From NCBI RefSeq assembly GCF_021028975.2, contig NC_059431.1, positions 68,200,001 through 68,264,000 of the forward strand: a stretch of DNA of 64,000 bases, read 5' to 3'. This DNA comes from Sphaerodactylus townsendi (lineage: Eukaryota). Both the position numbers and the translations under genes were made by a program. Below the pieces are notes generated by a model. The model was not told where the DNA came from and ran no database searches. It saw only the letters and a list, made by a program, of their open reading frames with translations. How positions within the stretch are numbered: position 1 is the first letter of the stretch; each line of letters opens with the position of its first letter. Positions 1 through 11,320 of this stretch are shown piece by piece.

Positions 1-188
1 CAGCTCAAAGCATCGGAGAAAAGACACAGCTGCAAGCCTCCATTCCCCACCCCAAGCTGATTCTGTGCCCACATGGAGCAAAGTCCATGTAAAGTTTGGA
101 AGGAGAAGGGGGGGATGTCATGCTCAATGTGTGCATTTGCAACATCCCTCAGCTCACCAGTAACCATGCCAGGCAGCTGGTCACCCAG

Positions 189-490
189 GAGCAGCAGTGG
201 CGTAGGAGGTTAAGAGCTCGTGTATCTAATCTGGAGGAACCGGGTTTGATTCCCAGCTCTGCTGCCTGAGCTGTGGAGGCTTATCTGGGGAATTTAGATT
301 AGCCTGTACACTCCCACACATGCCAGCTGGGTGACCTTGGGCTAGTCACAGCTTCTCGGAGCTCTCTCAGCCCCACCTACCTCACAGGATGTTTGCTGTG
401 AGGGGGGAAGGGCAAGGAGATTGTAAGCCCCTTTGAGTCTCCTGCAGGAGAGAAAGGGGGGATATAAATCCAAACTCTTCTTCTTGTTCT
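189..490 (+). mobile_element. tRNA-derived CORE-SINE (Squam3-like), full length
   Basis: tRNA-like head (gtggcgtaggaggttaagag...gggtttgattccc), MIR/CORE-like segment (gggtgaccttgggctagtcac...cctacctcacagg), and tail ending caaactcttcttcttgttctt. Confidence 0.85.
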
Positions 491-2155
491 TTATGCTGCC
501 AAGTGTGTCCCCAAGCCAATCCCCGCACCACCCATGCTCATGAAAGAGCTGGAGGAGGAAACAGGAGGGTGAGCTGTTAAGTAGGGACCTAAAGTGTCTC
601 CAACAGATCCGCCAGCATCCTCTCCATGCTCTCCATGTCCTTCATGACAGCAAGCTACTCCTCCAAGTTCCCAGCAGCTGCCATCATGAAGATTTATAGC
701 CCTTCCATCCACTGGTGACCCCTGGAAAAGTATCCCTGCTGCTTTCAATAGCTCTCCAGCTGCTCATGCTCCATTGCCACACACATAGATGAAAGGGTGG
801 GCGATGGGATGATCCAGATTAAGTCCTGAAGACATAGAAAGGCTTGCATCTCCTATGTCACCATGGCATCAGTGGTTACAACACCTGGCTCCGGGGGACA
901 GGACTTGCCTCTGCCACCCTTCCCAGTCTCTGCCACCCCAACTTCACTGCCATCTGGCAGTGTTAAGTCTACCTGCTGCATGTGCTCAGCATCAGCTGCT
1001 ACCCCCAGTGATGCTAACATTCCCAGTGTCCCTAGGTCAAGCCCCTGATGTTTGTCTCCCCAGGGTTAGGGTAAAGAAGTGGTCAGTGACATCCCCAAAT
1101 GCAAGGGAGAATGACCCTGAGGTTGGGAGACAGAGCGCAGAGTATCAGGCCCAGAGGGTAATCTGTATCTCCCCCTGTAGTGCCACCAGTCATCCTAGTG
1201 GTTCCTTCACTTCTGCTTGCCGTTGCCTCTGTCGCCTTGCCACTATCATTCTCCTCTTCATTGCTCAGCTCCATCATCTCCATCTTCATTGCTCAGCTCC
1301 ATCAATTTATTCTGAACTGTTTAAGGCCTTAAATTCATAGCCAAATTAACACCTCAGATTATGGTAATGTATAACCTTAGAAGTTATTGATACTAAGCCA
1401 TAATGAGATCTTTATAATGGTGGGATAAAACCTGCTTTGGTGATGAACCACATTTCAATACCAAAAGTGGTGAGATTTCTTTTCTTACCTGTTGACTATC
1501 CTGAGTCCTTGAAATGAGAAGGATGACCCATCTTGAGAATTCTAATATCACTTATCATACCTTCTTCTTGCATACAACTCTTCCATGCTAACAAACGCCA
1601 TTCAGAAGTCAGCTACAGAGTAGAACTTGTCACTGCATTTTCAGGTGCATCCTTACATAACATACATTCAGCAGTGACTCCATTACAGAAGTGAAATAAC
1701 TGCAATTGTGTCACCTTCACTGTCTTCTCCCTACATCAAATGTAGTAGGAAGCCTTTATCAGATACCAATTAACTACAGTACCAATTGACTGGTGTTGTG
1801 TCAATCATACAGAATATGGTTGTGCATAGACCCTTTGAATTTCCAGAAAATTATAGACGCAGATGATGGTGCAGATGCTTGAGCAGGGGTTACCCAAAAA
1901 GCAAAGCAGTCAGAAACATAGGGGAGGGGTGTGACTCAAAGTCTTTGTGTGAGACAGTTCAGTATCAGAAGCAGATGAACTGGAACTCCTGTTTTAAGTG
2001 TGTCTTTGGGCAACTCCCCTAAGTACTGGTTTACTCTGCATCTGAAATGTGTTGTTACCTAAGGAGAACATATATGGTAATTTTTCCGGTTGCTGGAAAA
2101 CAGAATTGCTGGCCCACATAATTAAATCTTAGTGAGTTTTTTTTTCTTTTGAAAG

Positions 2156-2266
2156 GCACTGTTCCTGCATTTCATCCCTTTGTGGGTCTTCCACACCAAC
2201 AAAGTACAAGAAACAATCCTACGCATGATACCAGAGTACAAGAAAAAGATGCAGAAGAGTACTTGA
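2156..2266 (+). CDS. HSD17B3: Terminal coding exon of 17-beta-hydroxysteroid dehydrogenase type 3 (upstream exons lie outside the window)
   Basis: Polypyrimidine tract and AG (tttttttttcttttgaaag, AG at 2154-2155) are followed in phase 0 by ALFLHFIPLWVFHTNKVQETILRMIPEYKKKMQKST* (36 aa, TGA 2264-2266). This matches in length and motif the recalled human last exon [36 protein letters not shown] (A-x-FL-xx-IP-x-W-x-F). Confidence 0.85.
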   Translation, partial: ALFLHFIPLWVFHTNKVQETILRMIPEYKKKMQKST

Positions 2267-2872
2267 CCAATTACATGGTACATGTAATTATCTGATGATC
2301 TGCTATGAATTATGAATATAAACAGTTGAAACATTTTCAATACAAGTATAAAGAACCCCTCAAAGTCAGTGCTGGTCTTCTTAAAACTATTTTTCCAGTT
2401 ACAGTTTTCATGATCTGTTAACAGCTTCTGCTTTTGCAACCCTTTCTGTAACCTGAGTTTGTAGATGTTACGTATTTCAAAACAATTTAATAGTCAATTG
2501 GTATTACTCATTATTGCAATATTGTCTTTGAAGATTTACTCCCACGGGTGGTGTGAGAACTCTGTAGAAATTGTAGTGTGTGTGAGCATAACGTCATTTT
2601 AAATGGGGTAAAAAGGTTTTCTGGTGATAGAGGAAGAGACTTTCAGAAGTTGTTTCCTTTTAGTGGGAAAGGAGGTTCAGATGCAAGGGCTGGTAGTTAC
2701 AAGCAAATAGAAGAATGGTCATTTAGTTATTAATCTTGGGTGGGGGAATTGCAACAGGAAGACTGAGATGTAAAATGAGAACTAGAAAGATCTGAAGGCA
2801 GCATCAGGGACCTGTGTGTATGTTTGGATTTGACTGGGGTGGGGATGAGCTTTTTAAAAAAGTGAACTTGAA

Positions 2873-2878
2873 AATAAA
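2873..2878 (+). terminator. Candidate polyadenylation signal for HSD17B3
   Basis: First canonical AATAAA I find downstream of the stop (~600 nt); usage unverified. Confidence 0.3.
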
Positions 2879-5377
2879 CTTCAAACCTGACATATAATAG
2901 GAATTGGAAGAAGGTATCCATACCAGTATTTGAGGTGTTTAAAAATTTGCAAATTCTGAAATTTGTTTCCTACCCCAGTTTAATTTCTATTTGAAAATTC
3001 ATACGTCAATTTATATTGAAATTTTTGAAATACAACATCTTTAAGTTTGAGTAAGTTTGAGTAAATTGTTTGAGTAAATTGTGCAGCAACCCATCCATGC
3101 CATGTTTACATTGTGTTAAATTAACGCCCCTAACATTAAACAAAAAATCTGCTTCATGTTACTATGGCAGTTTTTATGTGATACTTTATTCTTTCTTTTT
3201 TAAAAATCAATCAACATAAGTTCTGGACAGACACAGTAGACTGACATTATGACATCTGTAAATTGTGGGACTAGGTTAGGCTTCTGGTTGAAACATCATA
3301 ATATTCAAATCTCATCTAGGTTTTATTCCATGAGGTTGGCTGTGTAACAATTTAAACATGAAGACTCACATTGCTCACCACCCCTTATCTCCAACATGGT
3401 GCTCATTAATATATCTATCCATAAATTTATGCCAATTGGAGCAAATAGCATTCTTCTGGAGCCATTTCATGTCAAAATATGTGTTGAGAAATTGGGCCCA
3501 AATTGGGCCCATACACCTGAGTGTTAAGCTTAATTTTTTGCTGGAACCTCCAAGCACAGAAAACCCAGTGCCCATCTGACTGGTCTCTCAGACTCCCCTG
3601 ACAGATTGCCTTGTTCCTGTGCCACAAGTCCTGCCAGTGCTAAGGATATAGAGAACTGGTAGCTGATTATGTTTTTCTCCTTTTTGTGGCTTGTTTGATG
3701 AGGGGAAGGTTTGGGCCAGAAGGCAAAAGCCTGAGGGTCAAACTAGATACAACATGGAAAATTAGTGATTAGAATCTCCTACTACCGGTATTTACTTATT
3801 TTTACTAATTACGTATCCTATGAAGTTGCTCTGAGAATTGAATGATTGTCAGTGGAGTCAAGTATCTAGCACCTCTCCTGTGCTGTTTGTCTAATGCAAA
3901 TGACACATCCCAACCAAAATGTGAAAATAGCTCTGAGACTGCATGGGAGAAAAGTAGTAAACATATCTCCTTCAGTTCTAGTTTCCCAACCTAAACAGTA
4001 GCTATGTTAGGCTGCTAGTTAATTTTAAAAAGTGGGAAATCATAATCGTGGATGTCTCACAGGACACTCTGAATACAGTACGTGGCTGCAATACTGAAAA
4101 TATCAGAGGAAATATGGTAAATTGAATAACATGTTAGGAAGTGGAAGAACTGTTTCCATGATCAGCATGGTTCCATTTGAAGGATAAAGGCAAAGAGAGG
4201 GTGTTGTGTAAAAAATAAGTAAAGAACAACGATGAAAATTATCATACTTTAATTGACAAGATAATATATGTGTGTGCATCTATCAAAAATGTATGGTGAG
4301 AATTTCTTTTAGATAGATTTCAGTTGCACCAATCCCAGTTTTCAGGAATTTTGAGTCATAAATCTGCACAGCTAGCTTCCTGCTTGGGACTTCACAGGAA
4401 GCAGGGTGGCTAATGCTCTCTAGGAAACTTCCTGGACAATCAGTTGCATGCTGGATGCCATGCTGAGCAAGGAATGTCAAAAGCCACCATCTGGATGATC
4501 CCCTTGGTCACAGCATTCTATTTTGGTCTTTTTATTGACATATATTACTTTTCTAGAAGTTACCAAAATTTTGTTATCCACTTAAGGAGTGTACAACAAC
4601 TATCTCATAATTATTTTTTGACACTTGCGATTCACCATTTGACAAAAATGTTGACGGCTTCTACTCATTCTGGTGTATTATATTTTAGAGGTTTGAAATA
4701 CAAATCATTTTCCTTCTGGGAGGCTTTTCAGTTACTGAGTTTGTCTCAAGGAAACATTGTTTCATACAGAATATTTAAACATTGTCCATCATCAAAATAG
4801 ATCAATTAAGGAGAAAATAAAGAGTGTGGAACACAATTGCCTTTAAATTTAACATGATGTGCTATCAACCTAACAGATTACATCTGCTGTCACATAGCTG
4901 TAAAGTCCCAGGTCTGCAACCACTTGCAGTGGTATAATCCAATCATGTCTTGAAGTGTATCTCTTGAGTAAGTGGCTTGAAGACTGCAGTGAGTAACTCC
5001 AAGCCTTATTTTTAATGAGATGAGAGCCACAAATCTGTCTAGACAAGTAATTTACGGTGCAACCCATTGTGTTTTAAGCGAGCCACTGCTCCACTGTGTT
5101 GTAAACAGTCTATTATCATGATTGGCGGAAAAGACAGGGCCCTTCTGTTCTCAAAGACCGCCCAGAAGAGAAAGAATGTGATGTGCCCACTTGCCTGAGA
5201 TATTGTGATATTTCAGCCTAGACTGGACGAGTCCCTGGGAGAGGTTTGCTCTTGATCGAGTTGGTCTTGGAAATAGCTGCATGGATTTCCGGGAAATGAC
5301 ACAGGGCTTTTGAAAAATAACAAAATTACCAAAGAGTCAAATAGAATGTTGCCTCAAACTTTTAGACTACAGAAGAC

Positions 5378-5553
5378 TTGTCGAAGGCTTTCACGGCCGG
5401 AATTACTGGGGTGTTGTGTGGTTTCCAGGCTGTATGGCCATGTTCTAATAGCATTTTCTCCTGACGTTTCGCCTGCATCTGTGGCTGGTGAAATGTCAGG
5501 AGAAAATGCTACTAGAACACGGCCATGCAGCCTGGTAACCACACAACACCCCA
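5378..5553 (-). mobile_element. Penelope-like element terminal fragment with internal inversion (arms ~5407-5473 / 5487-5553)
   Basis: Reverse complement of the ccggccgtgaaagccttcgacaa end; same sequence as 7689-7906 but truncated before the CTGAAGA ribozyme core. Confidence 0.8.
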
Positions 5554-6254
5554 TATAAGAATTGTTTTTCATGCCCACATTGCAAAGTGCCAAGATCATG
5601 AAATATGTGCAATGAAATGTTTCCACATTTTCTTTAGATTCTTATATCACTTGAGATATGAGAGAACGCGCTTAGGCATAGAACTTTTACAAACGGAAAC
5701 TGAGGGTTTTGAATTTTCCCTGTCTTTTACTCTCATCTGCTTCTCTCACCGCATCTCACTTGCCTTCTCTAACATGTATCCCACTATTTCATATTAAGAG
5801 AGGGCTAACATCCCAGGGCACTCTTTTGCAGAGATACACCATTCTAAATTCACTGAATTTAAAGGGCTTAAAAACTGTAATTCTACTCACAACTGTATCA
5901 GCAAAATGCCCAAGTCATGATAGCAGCATGGCTGACTTCTACATCTTACCTCTACCACTGCAAGCTCACCACAAAATAAACAAAGGATAAAATGAAACAT
6001 ATGTAATAATTAAAGCCAAAAACCATTTAAAAAACCTGCTGAATAAATTTCAGCAAGACCATATCAATAGATATAAGTCACTGGGTAAAGCAAAGACTCA
6101 CTCAAAGAGAGTGGCAACTAATGGCATGACTAATGGCACAAAGAGCACCCCTTTAACTAGCAGCTAAAGGTCATCAAAGAAGGAGTCCCAGGGAGGGAGT
6201 TCTATTGGCATCATTGTTACAAATATGAAGAGGAGATGTGGTCCAGTAATGGAA

Positions 6255-6415
6255 TATCTGCCCTGGGTTCAATCTATGGCATCTCCAGTTAAAAGGATCA
6301 GATAGTAGGTGATGTAAAAGACATCTCCCCAAATCCCTGGAGAGATGCTGCCACTCATAGTACATAATACATACCTTGATGGACCACTCATCTGATGCAC
6401 TAGGATAGCTTAATA
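6255..6415 (+). mobile_element. Degenerate tRNA-derived SINE with CR1-like tail (Squam2/LF-SINE type)
   Basis: B-box-like gggttcaatc, then ggcatctccagttaaaagg...gctgccactc...gatggaccactcatctga tail. Confidence 0.6.
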
Positions 6416-6559
6416 TTTGTGTAAGAATCAAGCAGTAGAAGAGATGAAACTGAAGCTGTGATCGAGAACTGTTAACTTTATTGGGACTGAGAACAACCCA
6501 TGCAGTCTGCAATGATGTAATGAATTTCAATATGACATCACTTAATGTGCATTGTAATG

Positions 6560-6750
6560 GTGGAGGGAAGGTGGCCCAATCTTGTCAGATCTCAGAAGCT
6601 AAACAGAATTGGTAGTCAGCAGGGAGACCACCAAGGAAGACTCTGCAGGGAAATCAATAGCAAAACCACCTCCGCATCTCACTTGCCTTGTAAGTTCCTT
6701 CCTGGGGTCATTGTAAGTTGGTGGTGACTTGACTGCACTTTACACATGTA
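6560..6750 (+). mobile_element. 5S rRNA-derived SINE (5S-Sauria type) with BovB-like tail
   Basis: gcccaatcttgtcagatctcagaagctaa...gggagaccacc resembles the 5S rRNA internal control region; tail is ggggtcattgtaagttggtggtgacttgactgcactttacaca. Confidence 0.75.
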
Positions 6751-7577
6751 TGCTCATAATGTGTGGTCCACACATACTATTATGGATGTAGTGGCAAGTA
6801 CGGACACCTGAATACCACATATATGAACTCAGTATTACTACACTGGAGACTGTGAACCAGTCTTTAATCATTTTCAGTCCAAGGATATTGCTTTTCTTCT
6901 ATAAATTTTACAAGCACTGGGAGTGGTTGGAAAAACCTCAGGGAAAGGGTATTAAAAACTGGAAACACCTGTGTACACAGGTGCATCCTAATACTGACAT
7001 GGTATCATGCATATGTTGGCAGGTGGACATGTTTCACATCATTTTCAGTATTATTGTGTTTGGGATGTTGTACAACTATTGTTAGGCCTACAATGAAGGG
7101 GGTAGCTGGAGAGGTGAACTGGTGACCGTAACTCCACCCTTCAGTCAGTGGATCCAATTTTCTCTGGATCCAGTTCAACATAATATCTGTGAAGATGCTA
7201 CTAATATTTTTTGCTGCCAAAACACTGTATCTATTAATTATATGTTTGTTACATATTCACATTCTTGTATATCTCCTAAGGATACAACAACTCCATGCTA
7301 ATAAATGCTTTATATAACCAACTATATGTATCCAATAAGGTGTAATATATAATCATAACTCACTGCTATTATATGCATCCATTAAGGTATGATACATGAA
7401 CAACTCCTCTCTATATTCTTTGACAGTTCTTCATCCCTTTTGGGGGGGGGGCTATTTGTTGGGCTATTTGTTTCCCTCTGTTACGGCAAAGCTGTTCATC
7501 ACAGTACCTTGAATGGACCTGTTGCACAGTGGTTCAAGCCCAGGTGATGGTTTTCTTAGTCTTAAGGGACTAGATGA

Positions 7578-7635
7578 GGGAGGGCAGGGCTGGGCTGGGC
7601 TGGGCTGGGCGGCGGGCGGGCTGGGCGGCTGGCTG
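7578..7635 (+). repeat. (GGGCT)n / G-rich tract with G-quadruplex motif
   Basis: gggagggcagggctgggctgggctgggctgggcggcgggcgggctggg; at least 9 GGG runs with short loops. Confidence 0.8.
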
Positions 7636-7688
7636 GAAACAAAGTGGTTCGTCTCCATCCTGCTTGATAGAAATAGGAGATACCTTTG

Positions 7689-7906
7689 GTTGCTGTGTGG
7701 TTTCCGGGCTGTATGGCCGTGTTCTAGCAGCATTCTCTCCTGACGTTTCGCCTGCATCTGTGGCTGGCATCTTCAGAGATCCTCTGAAGATGCCAGCCAC
7801 AGATGCAGGCGAAACGTCAGGAGAGAATGCTGCTAGAACACGGCCATACAGCCCGGAAACCACACAGCAACCAAGTGATTCTGGCCGTGAAAGCCTTCGA
7901 CAATAC
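7689..7906 (+). mobile_element. Penelope-like element end (inverted pseudo-LTR) with 14-bp TSD
   Basis: TSD aggagatacctttg at 7675-7688 and 7907-7920; 93-bp inverted arms 7686-7778 / 7782-7874; 3' end gccgtgaaagccttcgacaatac. Confidence 0.9.
7780..7822 (+). ncRNA. Minimal type I hammerhead ribozyme motif (Penelope-associated)
   Basis: tcct-CTGAAGA-t-GCC(loop)GGC-GAAAC-GTC|-agga: core CUGANGA/GAAA/UH, helix I tcct/agga, palindromic ACGT helix III, predicted cleavage after C7818. Confidence 0.75.
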
Positions 7907-9384
7907 AGGAGATACCTTTGTTTTGGTAATATAAGTCACTTTTTGTGGAAGCAATTATAGTAATGAACCATAAAAATATTTATGCATATATGATCTTTAG
8001 CTGCTTTTCAATTCTGCCTGCCAAAACATTTGGTGTTAATGAAAAATTTGCTTTTGTTTCCATTGTTTCAATTAAAGAAGTCATAGAATCCATTTTGTAC
8101 CACTGCCAAAGGATCCTTAGCAGTCAATCCTATGGTTGAAAAATGATTTAGGTTTTCTTTAACAGCAGCACTAGAGGGCAACATTGCCTTGTGTTACTAA
8201 TTCTGGGCCATCTATTCTTCTTTCTTTTCTTGTGGCCTAATTTTCAGAAATGGTAGAGGAGGTGATAGTACCATGCATCTGGACACTATTACTTCATATC
8301 ACAGACAAGGGCTCCCAGGATAGAATTCCCCTTCATGCTGTAAGATTCCTGCAATAAGAGAACAATTCCACATTTTTATGATACACAATTTAAATATGCA
8401 AATTTCTTCATTTCTGCTGTTCAAAAAAGTTCAAAACATTACACATCAAAGAAAGAAGCAAATACAATTCAAGAGTTTATTGTAGGGGTTTCCTAGCCAG
8501 TGTGAAGTCCCATTGGTTCCAACTGAATTAAACACATATCAAAATCTATGGAGCTTTTACAAAATGCTTACATTTGGCTGGATCATGCCTAATTTCATTG
8601 TGTGTTGAAGTTGTGCCCTGAGCCAGCGAGGGTCCAGGGACATGCAGCAACAAAATCCACATAGACAGAAGGATACAGAAACACATTGTGCCAGTGTGTG
8701 TAGGAACCTTAAGATGACTCTTCTTGAACTAACTTCCACAATAATGAATCTTTTGCCCTCATTTAAGCAGCTTAAATATTAGCTGATTGGCTGCCCAAGA
8801 AGGGGGCTGGAGCAAGGGGGCTGAATTCAGTACCCCAGCTGTCCCCTTCCTCCATCAAACAGCTGACTGCTAGGGCTTCAACTTTGTTTAAAGGCTACTC
8901 ATACATAGTCCCACATAGCCCTACTGGATCAGAGTCTGTAAATTTGTTTCTCAATTATCCTAGTCAATCAAAAGTGGATTTGTTGTCTAAGCTTTGCCTG
9001 ACAACACTGTGATCATTTAGGGTTTCAAAAAACAAGGAGCAATCAAATGTTTATGAACTGTGGATAATTCTCCCTGGAATTGCATTTCATCCAGTGATCT
9101 ATTAAAAAATAATCCTCCTACTTATTTTGAGCCATCCTATATTTCTATGTGGTTCTGGTTACTAAAAAAAGAGGTGACCTTCTATCAGCCTTCCATTCCA
9201 TGCACATTACACACTATAAATTATTAGGGCAACTTTTAAGGAGAGTTATTTTTTTTAAAAAAAAAACACACACAACTGCCTGCCTCCACATGGCAATTTA
9301 TTCCACTCAGCTGATAATTTTTAACTGCCTCAAAATCCTCATTTTTAGGTTGAGAGATGGCATACAATGTTTTAGCTAATTGAT

Positions 9385-9625
9385 TAACATTTATTGATTT
9401 TCTTGCTTTTTTTGCTTTTCCCTCCAGTAGGGGGGATCAAAGCAGTTTACTACATTTTTCTCCTCTCTTCCTCTATTATTTCCACAACAACCCTGTGAAG
9501 TAGGTTAGGATGAGAAAGAATTACTGGCTCAGGGTATCCCAGGGAGCTTTCCATAGCGGAACAAGGATTTTAACTTGAGATTCCTAGCAGCTTCTCATCC
9601 AGCATTCCTACTATTACACTGTGGT
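9385..9625 (-). mobile_element. Old CORE/MIR-like SINE
   Basis: ccacaacaaccctgtgaagtaggttaggatgag...ggctcagggtatcccag is the reverse complement of the CORE domain. Confidence 0.65.
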
Positions 9626-10249
9626 AGCTTGTTCCTATTTCATGTAAATCACAGCATTTCCTATGGAGCAGAAGCAAATATGTTAACAATATGGTAGAGA
9701 TAAGTCACATGGTGAGCTCTTGCAAAACATTATGAGCTGGGTCAAAGTGTCTTGCCAGATTTTCAGGGCATATCCAGAGCAACAGTGGGGCTACAGTCCA
9801 GACTTACATATCAAACAGTGTGTAATATTGTTCTGCTGTCATCCTCATCTGTGTCTCTGTCACTGGCATCCCTTTCTTCTAACAAGTCTTTTGTTGGCCA
9901 TGGGATTGCCCAGACCAAAATTGTTTGGAAAGTTCTGAACTGCAAGGATTGGTGCAGAGCAGTGTGAAAATCATGTGCCTGCCACATGTAGATGTTGTCT
10001 GAGCAGGGCCAGGTTTACATGATTATTCCCCATTAAAAGAATATTATTCAACAATTTACTGACACCCTTAGCAGTTGCCTCAAGATGGTTAGTTTGTAGC
10101 CCTTAGCAGTTACCTCAAGACTGTTAGTTTGTAATCCAGATGGGGTAGATGGGCCTGTCTGCTAGAAGTAATTCTGAAAAGCAAGGTGATTCCCATCAGT
10201 CTAAAGGCCCATCAGTCTAAAGGCCACCCTGTGAGTGTCAGGTGGGATG

Positions 10250-11320
10250 GCTTTTCAAAATGAAAGAAGAAAACAAATTAGCATCTGCTGTGCATTGCAG
10301 GGCTGGCTCAAGTGGTTTTGCTGCCCCGGGCAACATTTCATGTTGTACACACACCGCATCTTGTTCTATTTGAACTCTCTTCGAGAGTTTTCCCAACTGC
10401 AACCACTTTTATCTCTTTCAAACTTGTGGAGCCAAGGGAAGGGAATGAGAAAGAAGGAATTGCTGTTAGGATACTGGGAGGGTCAATTGTCTCTGCAGCA
10501 ACCTAAAGCATGGTGTCCCAAGGGTCTGGAGTGAGGGGCCCACGGAGCCATCACTGTTATCCTGGATAACTGCTGTCCCCACCATTGGTCCTGCGGCATG
10601 GGTGATAGCATGGTGTTCTCTTTCATGGATGTATGAGTATGAGAAATTTTGGGAATGAACAGCATTTTCTCTTGTTATCATGAATTGACACATGAAGATG
10701 CAGCTGGGCTGCCTGCCAAAGAAGTCACGTCAGGTTCCAAAGGCTGTGCTGAATATGTCATCAAACATTCTTCCCCATCAAAGGCTGTTGTCACTGCCTC
10801 AGTAAGCAAAATGGAAGGCTCTGCCTGCCCATTTGGAAAGGATCATATCTTGCATTTTGGAGCCAGCAATTACAAGTGATACATATAAAATGCCTTCAGA
10901 AGTTTTCCATCAGCAGGGTCTGAATAACTTCCTTGGCCAAAAGAAAAAAATCAGGAGTGTTAATTAACGCCCGTGGCTGTGTTATATCATTGGAGATGAA
11001 AACAGGGCCAACGGCTGTGTAGCGGCATGAAGAGGTATGCTGAACAACAGCCAGGGCTGAACGTGAGCCTCTCACAGTCAGGCAGCTGAGAGTTAAATAG
11101 CAAAGGCAGAGCTGCTGCGTGCAGGAGATACGGAAATTCACTGTCCTGTGACTTGCAGGCTACATTTCCCAAAGGGAGAGGCAGCCAGCAGCTGCAGGCA
11201 ATTACTGCGCGCTTAGAAGTGTCCCCAAACTGTGCCTGCTGTTCAACTTCAAAGACCCAGGCTGGAAAGCCAGAGCTTGGGTTAAAGCAATTCCTGTAAA
11301 AAGCTTGCCAAGCTGAGTAG
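10250..11320. promoter_or_regulatory. Candidate conserved non-coding element / enhancer
   Basis: About 1 kb unique, repeat-free, ORF-poor block with retained CpGs and clustered motifs (CACGTCA, CATCAAAG TCF/LEF, TTAATTAA, CAGCTG). Conservation not tested. Confidence 0.4.

Noticed and set aside
189-265. tRNA gene
   Set aside because: SINE head continuing into the CORE domain; no complete cloverleaf.
2122-2439. 105-aa minus-strand ORF
   Set aside because: Shadow ORF antisense to the HSD17B3 exon; non-ATG start and no recognisable domain.
6560-6640. 5S rRNA gene
   Set aside because: Partial, diverged and fused to a Sauria/BovB tail, so it is a SINE head.
7464-7960. Overlapping ORFs of 76-128 aa on both strands
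   Set aside because: Artefact of the Penelope palindrome and G-rich repeat; the same peptide recurs at 5310-5626.
10065-10135. 34-bp tandem duplication (similar small duplications at ~10192-10222 and ~53662-53700)
   Set aside because: Ordinary local slippage duplications with no further structure.
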